Positions 49,537 through 61,487 of a DNA stretch of 64,000 nucleotides are shown in pieces (position 1 is the stretch's first letter; each line of letters starts with the position of its first letter). Location of the stretch: contig NC_087437.1 of the NCBI RefSeq assembly GCF_036321535.1, forward strand, positions 15,564,001 to 15,628,000. The letters run 5' to 3'. The stretch is from Camelus dromedarius. Lineage: Eukaryota. A program made the position numbers and the translations under genes. The notes below the pieces were generated by a model. The model saw nothing but the letters and a program-made list of their open reading frames with translations. It searched no databases and was not told where the DNA came from.

Positions 49537-50865
49537 CTGGAGGGGGAAGAGCTGGTCAGTACCCGTGTGGGTGGGTGGGGGGCTCAGCCGTGCAGAGGAG
49601 CAGGTGGGGTTCACAGGGGGTCTTTGGGGCCTACTTTTTCAGCTAACACATCCACAGTAGGGTCCCACCCACAACCTGATGGGAAGAGGCACCATCTGCA
49701 GCCCTAACACGGGCACTGCAGATGCCCCCTCAGTGGCTGCTTCCAGAAACAGGAGGCAAGGCCGGATCTGAGGCCCATTTTACGAGAAGGTCACAGCCCA
49801 GGTGGCGCAGTCCAGGTGGAGAGTGGGCTCCCCTTGCTCTCAAAACCAAAGAGATTCGAGCAAATCCATGCCCCACGGACTAGGTGCTAGTGACATGGAG
49901 GGACAGCAGGGAGGGAAGGCCGGGCGCACCAGCTCTGCACGCAGCCCGGGGTGCGCCACTGTGCAGGGAGGAGGCCCTGACGCAGTCCCTGGAAGCGGCT
50001 CTCTGGAGGTCAGTGATGGGGATCAGCGGAAGAACAGGGAACTCAGCTGGAATGGGGGAGCCTCCTCGAGGCCCAAGGCGAGCAGTGCTCAGAGCTGACA
50101 GAGCGGAGGAGGGCTGTGACTGGACGCGCCCTGTGTGGATGGGCCGAGTGCATGTGCTTGTATCTGCCCTGTGGGAAGGACCGTCAGGTTAAACTGCACA
50201 ACTGAGGCAGCGCCCTCATCCTCCGGATGAAAAGCCACCTGAGCTGCTGATGTACATCAAGACCCAGTGGGAACGTCATGGCCTCAAGATAAGGCCGGCA
50301 CCTCGGAGGCCAGACCTGCACACTCCAGCCCCGGCACCCCAGCCTCCCTGCCCCATGGTGGCCACGGTGACCCGGCACAGCATAGTGTCCCTTCCCACAA
50401 ACCAGAGCCCCTTCCTCAGAGATGGGGTGTGGCTGATTCAGCCCAGAGAGGAGGGAAAGGAATCCAGTGTCCGGGAGAAACAGTGGAAGAGAATTCTGGC
50501 ATCTGTGGATGGAACACAGTCAATGGCCAAAGGCCTGAGGGAACCTACGGACACTTAAAGAAGCTTCTCAGGCCTGCCTTTCTGTGCATGTGGCCCGTGT
50601 GTAGGCAGACACTGTCTTTTAGTACTTGGGTGGGGAGAGTGCCCAGGAGCCAGGGGGCGGATTTAGTCATTGGACAGCGAGGTGACAGAAAGATCAAGGC
50701 CCTTACAGTCGGCCTGGAGCTAGCTCACTCCCAAGCCCAAGGAAGGGTGGGAGTGGCCAGCAGCAGACGGAGGCCCCCCTGCTCTCCTCCCCTGCTGGCC
50801 GCCTTCTCCCCCTGCTGCCTCCTTCCACCGACCAGACACCCCGCAGAACCAAGGCTGGCACTTAC

Positions 50866-51054
50866 AGGAAGGTGAATTTGGAGGTGGTGGAATCCACCAG
50901 GCCGCTGCCCCAGGTGCTGTCCACCAGGTGCCATCGCCCCTCCAGGTACACGGCGTTCCAGGCGTGGTCAAACTCTCCAGAGAAGCTCTGCCCCGGCTGG
51001 TAGCCAAAGCCCTTGGAGTAGCCAGGCACGGTCATGCACTGCACACCGGCGATC
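50866..51054 (-). CDS. KY: KY coding exon (IAGVQCMTVPGYSKG...DHAWNAVYLEGRWHLVDSTWGSG...FTFL), 189 nt, carrying the catalytic His and Asp
   Basis: Boundaries ccccag|G ATC and CT|gtaagt; transglutaminase-like HAWN...DxTW motif. Confidence 0.96.
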
Positions 51055-54000
51055 CTGGGGGCGGGACGGGGGTCTGAGAGGTCGCTCCTGCTGTGGGTGG
51101 GGGGGGCTGGATCCCCTCCTCCCCCAAGCCTGTCTGCGGCCCCAGGCCTCAGGCACTCTGCTGTCCATCAGTCCCTCCCTGTCTCTCCTTTTTCCTGCCT
51201 CTTGCACAGTCATACAGCCTGAGGGCTTTTATATGCAGGACCTGGGGACAAGGGGGGTGGGCACAGGGTTGGCTGCTCCCACTGGAACAGACCAGCTGCA
51301 GTTTCCGCTGTCTGCTCCTCCCTCCAGACTGTACAAACCACTTGGGAATGTCTCTCCCCAGAGCCTGCCTGACTGCTCCGCCAGCAGCCTGCAGGAGGAC
51401 ACGGTGCGACAGCGAGGACCACCGGGGGACCGTGGAAACCTGGGGGATGATGATGTTCTTGAAGAACCAGAGAGGATCTGGAGGCGCGACTGAGGAGCTG
51501 GGTCTAGATGACACGGGTGGGGCATCAGCGAGGGGTGCTGGACCGGAGGGTGAGCCCACTCCCCTGCCACGCCCTGACCATGGACAGCTGTGTGGGGACC
51601 TTTGGGCCAGGCCAGTGGGAGTCCCCTGTGACCCGGGGATGACTGGCCCACTGCCAGGATGGCTCAGATCTGACTGCCAGGGCCACAACAGAGCAGTAAG
51701 GCCATTTGCTGACCGATTGCTGTGGCCACGGTTTCAGAGTCCCTTGTAGTTGTCACTCTGGGAGTGGAAATGCTGACCAGTCGGCCTGAGCTTTTATCAA
51801 GGCCCCCTTGAGAGCATTCCCCAACCACTCACAACCAGTCTGGGATGACTTTCTAAGGCCTGGACAGCAGGGGATGGGTGCTGGTCACTTCTGGGGACCC
51901 CATGGGCAAGCTACAATCTGGGCATTTGTAGCTGAAACCCTGAAGCCCAGACCTAGGCTGTGGGCACCGCCCTGCAGCCACAGCCAGTGTCCTGAGAGCC
52001 CTGCCACGGCCAGGCGGCCCCCACATGGCATCTGAGGGGTGGGCTGCTCTTCTAACCCAGGAGATGCCCTGTGCGGACACTTCTGGGGACAGTGTGTGAG
52101 TCAGAACAAGGTGCTCCTTCTTTGAGACCCTTTCCTTTCACCGGTAATGCTGGTATAATCAACACCCAAACCCGTGGTAGCCAGGATGTCTGCAGTGGCC
52201 CCTGCGGACGGGGCTCAGCACAGCTGTCTGCTGACTCTACCGTCCCCTCACACGAACCGGGTGTGCGCTCCGGGGTGTAGGCAGGGCTCATCTCAGGGAA
52301 GTGGACCCCGGGCAGCCAGGGTCTTTCCAGCGACCAGATCTGAGCCTCAGTTTTTCTAAACGAGAGGCCACGGAGCCTCAGGGTAATGGGGTGAAATGGG
52401 CATGCATTCAGGATAAGAATGGGGAAATTTTCCCTATAAAAATGAACTTGAATTAACAATTAGCAGAATATTGGATTAAATAGTATGTATCTCTATGTAC
52501 ATATCATTTGTAGAGAGAGTTGGTGAGGCCAAAGGTGTAGTTACCAGACTCCACCCTGCCCTGGGGGCTGCGCACATCCCCAGGGAACCGCTCTCTCCTG
52601 CAGGGGGCAGGCCTGCTCTGCGGGGGGCTCCTGGGCTGGGAAGTTTTGCAGCCCCCACCTGTTTCTGCCTGCATCTTCACAAAAGGAGATCCAGGTCTCC
52701 CAGGCTGTCTAAGAAATCCCACAAGAACAGACCAGCTGGGCCCTATGGGAAGATTTTGGGAGCACTTGGGAGACCAGGGCAGAGAGCAAGACAAACTAGA
52801 TCTGGATGTCAGAATGTTCTGCTGGTAAAGACTACCAGCTCCCCAAGCAGAATGGGGACCCAGAGGCAGTGGGTCCAGGAGCCCAGGAGCCCAGGAGAGG
52901 AAAGAGAGTGCAGCAAGAACTCCTGGAAAGCCCCCTCGTCATTTAGCTGCAACCAGATGTGAGGCCCAAGGGTTTGTTCTCAGGATGGGCAATCTGAATG
53001 AATGTAGAGTCTTAGAGGAAACAGCCAGCAGAGAGGGGAGGGTCGCATGCGTCCCAGAGGCATTGGACAGAGGTACAGGAGGTACCTCCATTGGAGGTAG
53101 GGCTCTACATACTCAAGAGAGTGGGTGAGGAGAAGGAATGTTGTGAAAAATATTTAGTGAGGTCAGAGATGCTCCTGACACGCTGTGAACTGACAAGAGC
53201 CTGTAAAACTCCACCATCAGCACAATGCCTCTGTGCGTGTGTGCGTGCGCAACATGGAAGACGGGAGACGGATTGGTCTCTTCGTAATGGGATTAGGGGT
53301 GATTTTAATATTCTTCTTTAAGCTTCTCTTTATTTTTACAGTTTTCAATAACGATTATGGGTTACTTCTCTAATTGGAAAGAATCCGTAAAAACTACCTG
53401 AAAATGACATTCTCTGCTGAGTTATTTTCCTTTCTTGCCCAGAACGACAGGGCATGTGAATTTCTAGGATGATGGGGAGGGTACAGGGAGGACTGGGAAC
53501 AGCAGTATTTGGAGAAGGGGCTGCTCTGCAGGAAAGGGAGGGGAGCTGTGGGCCTCGGGACACGCTGCCCACAGTGGCTCGTCCTCCGCTCTGAGCCACC
53601 TGGAGTGAAGGAAGGAAGGAAGAAGCGCTGAGTGCCCACGCAGCCTCCAGGTGCTGTGATAAAAATGGAGTGGGTGCCGATGTGGGCAGACAGCCGGCTC
53701 AAGCTCTGCCTGGGTGTCCTCCTGGGAGAAGCCATGTCCTCAGGCTGGGGTATCCTCCCACCCAGGAGGTGAAGTGAAGGTATGGTCTGAGCACCAGCAC
53801 CAAATGGCAGGGGGGCAGGAGTAAGAACCCTGCCCCAAGCCTAGAAAGGGCTGGAGGAGGGAGAAGTGAGTGGCTGGATGTCCTCCCCAAGGGCTCCCAG
53901 CTGGAGGGGGCGGGGACCGGGCTGAGCTGGCAGAGGAGGGCTTGCTCCAGGGTGACTTTGCCAGGCTCTCCACGGGCAAAACGAAAGGTTGGCATTAAGT

Positions 54001-55389
54001 GGTCTCTAGAGGGTGATTCTCCTCTGACAGGCTGGGGAGAAGCTGAGAGGGCCGTGGGGAAGGCCTGGGGCAGAACAAAGATGAAAAAAACCCCTCAGCT
54101 GTAAGCATCTGCCACGCTTGACTATGAGATGAGGCTATTTTGTTACCTGGCAGCCATGTGCAAGATGAATTGGACAAAGAAGTCATAATGCAATGCATGA
54201 TTGTTAATAATCCACAGCGCTCATGCAGAAGTGTAGAACTAGTCATTCCAGCTGCTGGTCGCTAGTCAGGATGAACCTCCACCATTTCATGTCATCAAAA
54301 GATCACTGACTCTACACACTCCGGGCAAAGCGCTATACCAGGTGCCAGGGAATAAGACCCCATTTATCCTTTCAAAATATACTACGGACTATAACATAAT
54401 AAAATACAGTATACTAAAAGTAAAGCTCACTGGCCACCGTAGACATGCTCGTAGTTGGAAGGGGGGCAGATACAAGAAAAGCCACTAAAATACTAGTGAT
54501 AAGCATAGCCCTTTTAGAGAGCCCCAAGGAGGAAGAATTTGCTGGAAAGATCTGGGGGAGCACTGAAGAAAGGGCAGAGGACGAGAAATACATCCTCCTC
54601 TGAGAGAGCTTTGACCAGCCATCCTAGAGCCGAGACATCACCCATGGAGATGCACCTAGTAACCTCAGGCTACAGAATCTTGGTTTTCACTTCTGACAGT
54701 TTGGAAATCCCAGCGCCAGTGGGGTTTCCAACGTGGAAATAATGGAGGAGGTGATGGATTCAGACTGTGACTGTCATTTTATACAGAGATGGTCCGGCCC
54801 CAGCAGCAGCAGGGCTGAGCTGACTGCAGTGGGCGGTGCACCCTGCACACAACAGCCCCTGAACACAGTGGACTTCCTCCACTCTGAACACTTCTCGCAG
54901 GATGGCTGAGCCACGTGGAAAAAGACGGAGGGAGGGAGGGATCATAGCCGTAGGAGAGGCAGTGAAGCTTGCCCTTCTTCCGTATCTTGATGAGAATATT
55001 GTAATTTCTAATAGTAAAATTAGGAGACATGGTTTTATTAACTTTAAGCCCAATGGTCAGTTTAACTGGGCAAACATATGTGAATTAGAATTTTTAGGGC
55101 CTTGCTGTTCCGAAATCGTTCATCCTCAAGAAGGTTAATGTTATTACAATAAAAGTAAATTCTGAACAGAAAAAAAAAATTGTGTTTTCTACACTGCAGC
55201 AGGACAGACATAACCATGACTTACATTTCACAATTTATGTAGTTGATTTCTTGTAAATTTGACGGTGTCTTTGTATTTCTGCTCTATGGCCCCCTTTCCC
55301 TTTTTTTATACCTCCCTATGTCCAGGTCAGTAACTATAATCAAGGTAATAATTCTCACTCCAAAGCCCTGAGGTTGAGTTCAGGGGCCT

Positions 55390-55500
55390 CCTCTCTGACA
55401 AATGAGAAATCCACAGTTCAGAGAGGGAGACTGACTTGCCTGGGGACACACAGCCAGCCAGGGGCCAAAGCAGCACCAGGGCTCATTTGTCCTGATGCTC
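55390..55500 (-). mobile_element. MIR fragment
   Basis: gacaaatgagaaatccacagttcagagagggagactgacttgcctggggacacacagc. Confidence 0.55.
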
Positions 55501-56884
55501 AGGAGGCCTCATATTGCACCAGCTCTTTTGTACACTGAGGGTTTTTTTTCATCTATAAACTTTTGGGTGGTATACGGAGTGAAGTTTAAGGCTGGTTTGC
55601 TAGAGTGATGTAATTCACCTTTGTGAGCACCATCCTTTGGGGTATCTATAAAGGTGGGGGAGTTCAGATGCCCCTTTCAGTGGCCCTCTATGACAGAGCT
55701 AAGGGTTTTTCATCTGCCTCTTCCCAGCCTTTGGGGGCCTCAGGAACCAAGTGATGCTCTGGGATTGTCTGGGACGTGATGCTGAGCTGTGCACGCTACT
55801 GTGACAGCTGGAGGATGCATGGAAAACAGACTGACATCTGATGGGTGACAACCAGTCTCTGCAGCATCAAAGCTTCAGACTGGTAATAAGCTCCCAGCTT
55901 TATCAAAAGTCCCTGGGAAGTCTGCTAGCTGGTGGTGCTAGAGCCGTGATAACAGAGAAAGGAATTATCACAGAGGCTGACTCAGTGGCAGGATTCGGGG
56001 GAATTAAGTTTTGCCCCTGCAAGGAAAGTAAGCAGAATTCATCAAGGCCGTGGGGAACGGAAGCAAAAGGAGAGACATTAATACTGGACCACAGAAGGTC
56101 GGGAAGAAACTGGACCAGCATTTACAAGCAGTAGCACTACCAAAAAATAAATGCACGTTGGTTACTCGGGAAAGACGATGAATGAATGATATTGCAAAAA
56201 TATCTGAATTCCCCACCAAATTACTTTATTAAATCAGTCTTTAATGAGGCCCTTGCAGGCAGGTGGCAGGGACAGGCAGAAGTAATGGTGGCCGCATCGG
56301 TACAACTCTTGCTAAGAGGCCACCCTGACAACTAAGCAGGGATAAATCAGCAAGTGTGGATTACACGTCCTCGGTTACTAAGGAATCCGCTAATGAATTT
56401 ACCAAACCTTCAGCCGTAATTTTAAAGAGAAGGGAAATTAGGAAAGATGCGTGGACAAGGTTACTGATCTTTAAAGCCAAAGTTAAAGGAATTCAGAGAA
56501 CTGTGAGCTATTGTGTGGTTAAATGTCCCAGGCAATGCGGAGAGCATTTCACATGGTAACTGCCAGGCTGGAACCTAACTTTAAATGATGCAAAACGTTG
56601 GGATGTGTTTTAATGATCAGCTGTGGGCCAGAATCTGGCTGTAGTTCAGCCTCTGGACTAGGCCAGAGAGCTGACAGTTCCACTCAAGGCAAATGTCAGT
56701 TTTCTGAGCCTACGTGAGTCTATGTGGGTCTGCAGGAAAGTTCTACACAGCAAAAACGTTCCCATACTCTGACAAGGCAGGAGAGTTTAAAAAAACCCCA
56801 ACAACCTCCAGGTTAGCAAACTCCAAGCTGCATGTTCTCGTTTAGGGCTGTAGTCCTGCTGGTGGGAAACAGAGTTCCCAGGGT

Positions 56885-57030
56885 GCAGATGAGAAAACTG
56901 AGGCTCTGAGAGGCTAGGTGCCTTCCAAAAGGAATAAAACTAATATGTGGTGAATTAGGGACTGGAAATCAAGGACTGGTAAATGAACTGAGTCTTCCTG
57001 GCTTAAATCTGATACTCTCAGACCATGCTA
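56885..57030 (-). mobile_element. MIR fragment
   Basis: gcagatgagaaaactgaggctctgagaggctaggtg. Confidence 0.6.
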
Positions 57031-58989
57031 AGAAGGCTTCTATTGGATAAAGAAGGATCTATTCTATGACTTAAAACCCCGAGGGTTTTCCAATTTGCAA
57101 ATTAAGATGAAAATAATTACATTCTGAAAAATGCTAGGCACAAATGGAACTGAAAGCAGATTGAGGGTTATTTCTTCATCTAAAAAGAGAGTAAGGTCGA
57201 TTTCATACAAGTCTGCGAGGAATATCTTGTCATTTCCTGGCACTGAGGGCCTACTGTGTGTAGGATTCTGAGATGGATATTCACAGGGGAAGCAGGAAGG
57301 CAGGGACGAAGACGTAAAAGACCTAACAGACCTGTAAGACCTACAAGGGGAAATGAGCACAGGTAACACCTACATGATAGAACAAAGTCCAGAAAAGAAT
57401 ATGACAAAGTGGTAAGTGTCATCTCTAAGTAGTGGGATTCAGGGTACAATTTTCTTCTTTTTGCTTCTGTGCACTTTAGAAATCATCTACAGTTAAGTGT
57501 TTGTTTGTTTTTTTTTAATTTAGAAAAGTGATTAAATAAAAGCACAAGACCTGAGCGGGTGTATAGGTGTGCTGATGGCATCAAGAGAGGGCGAGCAGGT
57601 GGGCGGTCCTGCAGTGGGGCCTGGGAGAGTATTAGAGAGAGGGGAGCACACTGAGCTTGTCCAGCTGGAGTGTGGGAACTGCTGGAAGGCACAGGGCTGG
57701 AAGGCGGGGTGAGGCCGGGTTTGGGATGACTTTATGGAACAGTGTGAGTCTTTACTCTTGTTCAAGGACGTAGGGCCTGTGGAGCCTGGGCAGGGGGTCG
57801 GTGAGCATCCTGGTTCCTGGAGAGTTGGGGTGCCAGGGCCTGGGGTGGGGTGAGGATGTGGGGGGCAGGGAGATGGGTTGCAGAGGAGTTGGCATCCTCT
57901 GCAGCCTGACCTGCCCTGGTCCCCTCTGGGCCTATGGTCTCAGGGGTGGGCCTTGGAGGTGGGGGAAGGGAAGAGCATAGAGCAAGCAGGAGAGTTGGAG
58001 CAACATGTGTCTGCACTCAGCGGTGGTGATCGGGGCAGGGGGAGGCCGGACAACTGGGGGTCAGGCCAGGAATGGGTTGCGTGTGCCCCAGGAGCAAGAC
58101 GGCGCATGACCACTGCACCACACTGACACATCACAACGGCCCGACTGTGGACCCTTAAGTGTTTGCTGCTACTCTTGGTTTGATAATTACCCTCTGCGGT
58201 CCTGGCCAGCTGATACCTGGGGGCCTGAGAAGACCCACTCCCAGAAGCCTGCAGGACAGAGTACACAGTCTGTCCACACCCCTGGGAAGGGGCTTTTCGG
58301 TGGCCCCCAGGGCTGACTGTTTCCCGGGGATCACAGTAGACCCCAGTGGGCACAGGAGGCTGTGGGGGTCAGCAGGGCCCCCCAGCCTTGAGTCACGGCG
58401 TCGAACCAGCCGTGAGTCTCCAAACACAAACCACTTACCAGCCACTCGCCTGCTCTCACCCCACCTCCCGGGCCACCCGGCCAGGTGCTCGCTCCCAGGG
58501 CAGTGGAAACGGAGCCCACAGGCGCCAAGAGAGGAGCTGCTTCCTCGTTATTCAGCTTTTCCAGCTGACAAATCTTTTCAGGGAGGAGATCTTTTGTTTT
58601 CCCCAGAGAGGGCCCCTGTGCCAGCCCCGAGGACAGCCTTTCACAGTCCTCTTGGCGTCAGCAGCCACTGTCCTCACATTCCCAGATCTGCCATTCTTCT
58701 AACCTTCAGCTGCACAGAGATGGGAGAAGGTGGAAAAAGGGCCTTTTATAACCAAATTATCTCTGTGCATTCATCTGCCATTATGTTAATGCATCACGAA
58801 GCCCGGCAGATGGTACAAAGTCAATTATGCTGGTGTTAAAAAGGGAGAAATTGACCTTTTCAGGACTCACTTGGATTCGGAGCAGAGTTTGCAAACTCAA
58901 GTTTTGGGCCCTGTCTGTGCGTGAAGGCGCATGGTGCTTGGCCTGGGGAGAGGCTGGGTCAGGGTGGTCAGCCCGGGACCCCTCCGTAC

Positions 58990-59107
58990 CTGCACATTTT
59001 CTCGAAGAGCCCAGCATAGCCATCACAGTTGGTCTTCTGGGTCTGCAGGATGGTGGTGGGTTTGAAGGCTTGGCGGTCCTTCTCCTGGGCAGCCTCGATG
59101 TCGTACT
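58990..59107 (-). CDS. KY: KY coding exon (EYDIEAAQEKDRQAFKPTTILQTQKTNCDGYAGLFEKMCR), 118 nt, carrying the catalytic Cys
   Basis: Boundaries ctccag|AG TAC and TGC AG|gtacgg. Confidence 0.96.
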
Positions 59108-60590
59108 CTGGAGGGCAGAGGAGGGGACCGTGAGGAACCAGGTCCTGGGAGACGACCGGGCTGGTGCAGAGGAGAGGGGGTCCCCTGCCTGTGGTACCAC
59201 CCCCGCCCTCCGCTGTGGCTCCAGCATTGCACCATTTGGGTCGGCCTCCCTCAGGCGGGGGAGAAACCACTGTGGGCTGAATGGAACCAGGGCCTCAGGC
59301 TGGGCAAGATCTGGAAATGCCACCTCTTTGTGTGGGTGGTGAGAGGAAGAGCGAGGCTTTGGCTCCTGAGGCTTCCGAGGAGGGGCTGGGAGGGGAAGGG
59401 ACTAAGATGGCACTGGGGGTGGCGGCTCCGGCCGCTTGTCCCCTCCTCCAGTTCCAGCTGCAGTGAGGCTGCTCACCCGTCCTTGCTGGGGCCCCCAAGG
59501 CCAAGGCCTCACCCTGACCCGCAGGGGGTGTACTGAGCTGTCGTGAGAGCTTGTCTCCCCCATAGCCCATCACTCCGCTAATAAGAGATTCTAAGGTTGG
59601 CGGAGAGGCCCTGAGGCAGGAATCACTGTGGCCTTTGAGGGCACGGGGGCAGGAGGTGTATGTGAGTGAGTGTATGAGTGAGTGTGTGAGGGTGAGGGTG
59701 GGGGCAGCAAAGTCCAACAAATGTTCTGTTTCCCACCCCGCTGCTCCCTGGAAGCCCAGGCTGAGCTGCTGGGGTTCAGGTGGAGGAGGCGGCCCCTCAG
59801 GGCCTATGGCCAGACGCCCTACCTGTGTCAGGGGAGTCCATCCGCTAAGCTGCATCCCTAACCGCTGCTCTGGGAGGTCAAGGGGAAAGCCCAGGGGCAG
59901 CAGGTCAGGGGAGCCCCGCTGGTTGTTATGTCAAAGAGAAGATGCTAGAAGTCCACCTCTCCACCCGGCTCCTCCACTGAATGCAAGGGGCAGCAGCCAG
60001 AATCCCCTTAGCAACCACCCGCCAGCTTGGCTTGAGCTGGTCAGATTACCAGGCTGTCCCGTGCAGAGCTGCGGGCAGCTGCACAGGCCCAGGTCCCCTG
60101 GGGTGGCTCTGGAGAACCTGGAGACTGAGCTGAGAGCAGTGTCCGAGGTCGCCCAGGTGGGAGCAGAGAGCAGGGAGAGCGGTGCCCACCCTTCTTGGCT
60201 CAGGTGCTTTAAGAAACCTCTTAAAGTGTGGTGATAACTTCTCAAATAGCTGTGACTCATCCCCAACCTCCTTTTGGAGACGACCTTCTGCCCTGGGTTC
60301 CCATCTCTGTGGAGCAGGATGGAGGGAAGGCTGCTGCTGGGTGAAGGGCTTCCACTCTGGCTGTGGGCAGAGGGCCACGTGGGATGCCTGCCCACCCACC
60401 CTTCATGGGGACCGCTGGCACATGGTGAGTTACCCATCTTGGGTTAGTCTTTGGCTATTCAACCCAACCATCTGGGAGCCCCTCTCCTTCACCTTAGTCT
60501 TACTCCACACACTCTGGTGATAGAGTCAAGACCAGAGATGCTCTTCTGGGACCAGGGTCCTAGAGCCAGTGGACCCACCAGTGGGCCTAC

Positions 60591-60699
60591 CTATGTGGTG
60601 GCAGATCCAGATCCAGATGGCGCGGACCCTCTCCAGGTCACTGTGGGCCTCCTGGAGCAGGTCACTCACCAGCTCGTCCAGGCCACTCTTGACCGTCAC
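60591..60699 (-). CDS. KY: KY coding exon (VTVKSGLDELVSDLLQEAHSDLERVRAIWIWICHHI), 109 nt, phase 0-1
   Basis: Boundaries ccccag|GTG and ATA G|gtaggc. Confidence 0.95.
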
Positions 60700-60977
60700 C
60701 TGGGGAGTGGGAGGGATGTGCTATGGCAGGGCCTGCACGAGGGCTGTGGGGAGCCCAGTGCATTGCCACCTGCAACCAGGGCCTCTCTTCCTCCAGGTGG
60801 AGAAAGAGGAGAGGCCCAGAGAGGCCAAGGCTGGGTTGAGAGCAGCCCTTGGTGGGGACTGGCCATGGTGGGCAGTGCTGACCAGCTGACCCACTGGGCC
60901 TGGAGCCACCACATCTTTTCTGTGTAGGTCCTGGGGCCACCCAGGTGGGCATCTGGGCACTACGGCGGCTCCTAGTC

Positions 60978-61210
60978 ATGGTCAATGCTCCCCAGAGCAA
61001 TCTACAGATTTAGCACAATCCCTATAAAATTTCAACAGCCTTTTTTTTCTTTTACAAAAACAGAAAAGCCAATCCTCAAATTGATATGGAATTTCAAGGG
61101 GCCCAGAATAGCCAAAACACCTTTGAAAAAAGATGAACCATGTTGGAGGACACACATATCCGGATTTCATACTTACTCAAAGCTACAATAATCAAAATAG
61201 TGTGGTAGTG
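60978..61210 (+). mobile_element. L1 ORF2 fragment in a KY intron
   Basis: Translates to LPRAIYRFSTIPIK...ILKLIWNFKGPRIAKT. Confidence 0.85.
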
Positions 61211-61404
61211 ACATCAGGTCCTGGCCTTCTGTCCCCCATCCACGTGCTGTGGAAAGGCACTCTTGGTCACCCACCCAGGGGATTCTTGATACTTTCAGGA
61301 GGGGCTCAGGGAGGGGCGTGGCCACCCTGGCTCAGGGAACTGCAAGCCACCTTGGACGGAGGGGCTGGGGGGCGGCCCACAGGCCGAGGGCCCAGCTCTC
61401 CTAC

Positions 61405-61487
61405 CTGTGAGGCATAGGTGTCCAGTTTCTCAAACTGCCGCAGATCCAGGGGCATGGATTTCAGGCTGGACCGATCCCAGGGGTAGG
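61405..61487 (-). CDS. KY: KY coding exon (AYPWDRSSLKSMPLDLRQFEKLDTYASQ), 83 nt, phase 1-0; upstream exons lie beyond the right edge
   Basis: Boundaries ttccag|CC TAC and CAG|gtagga. The six exons total 1586 nt and are in frame. Confidence 0.95.
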
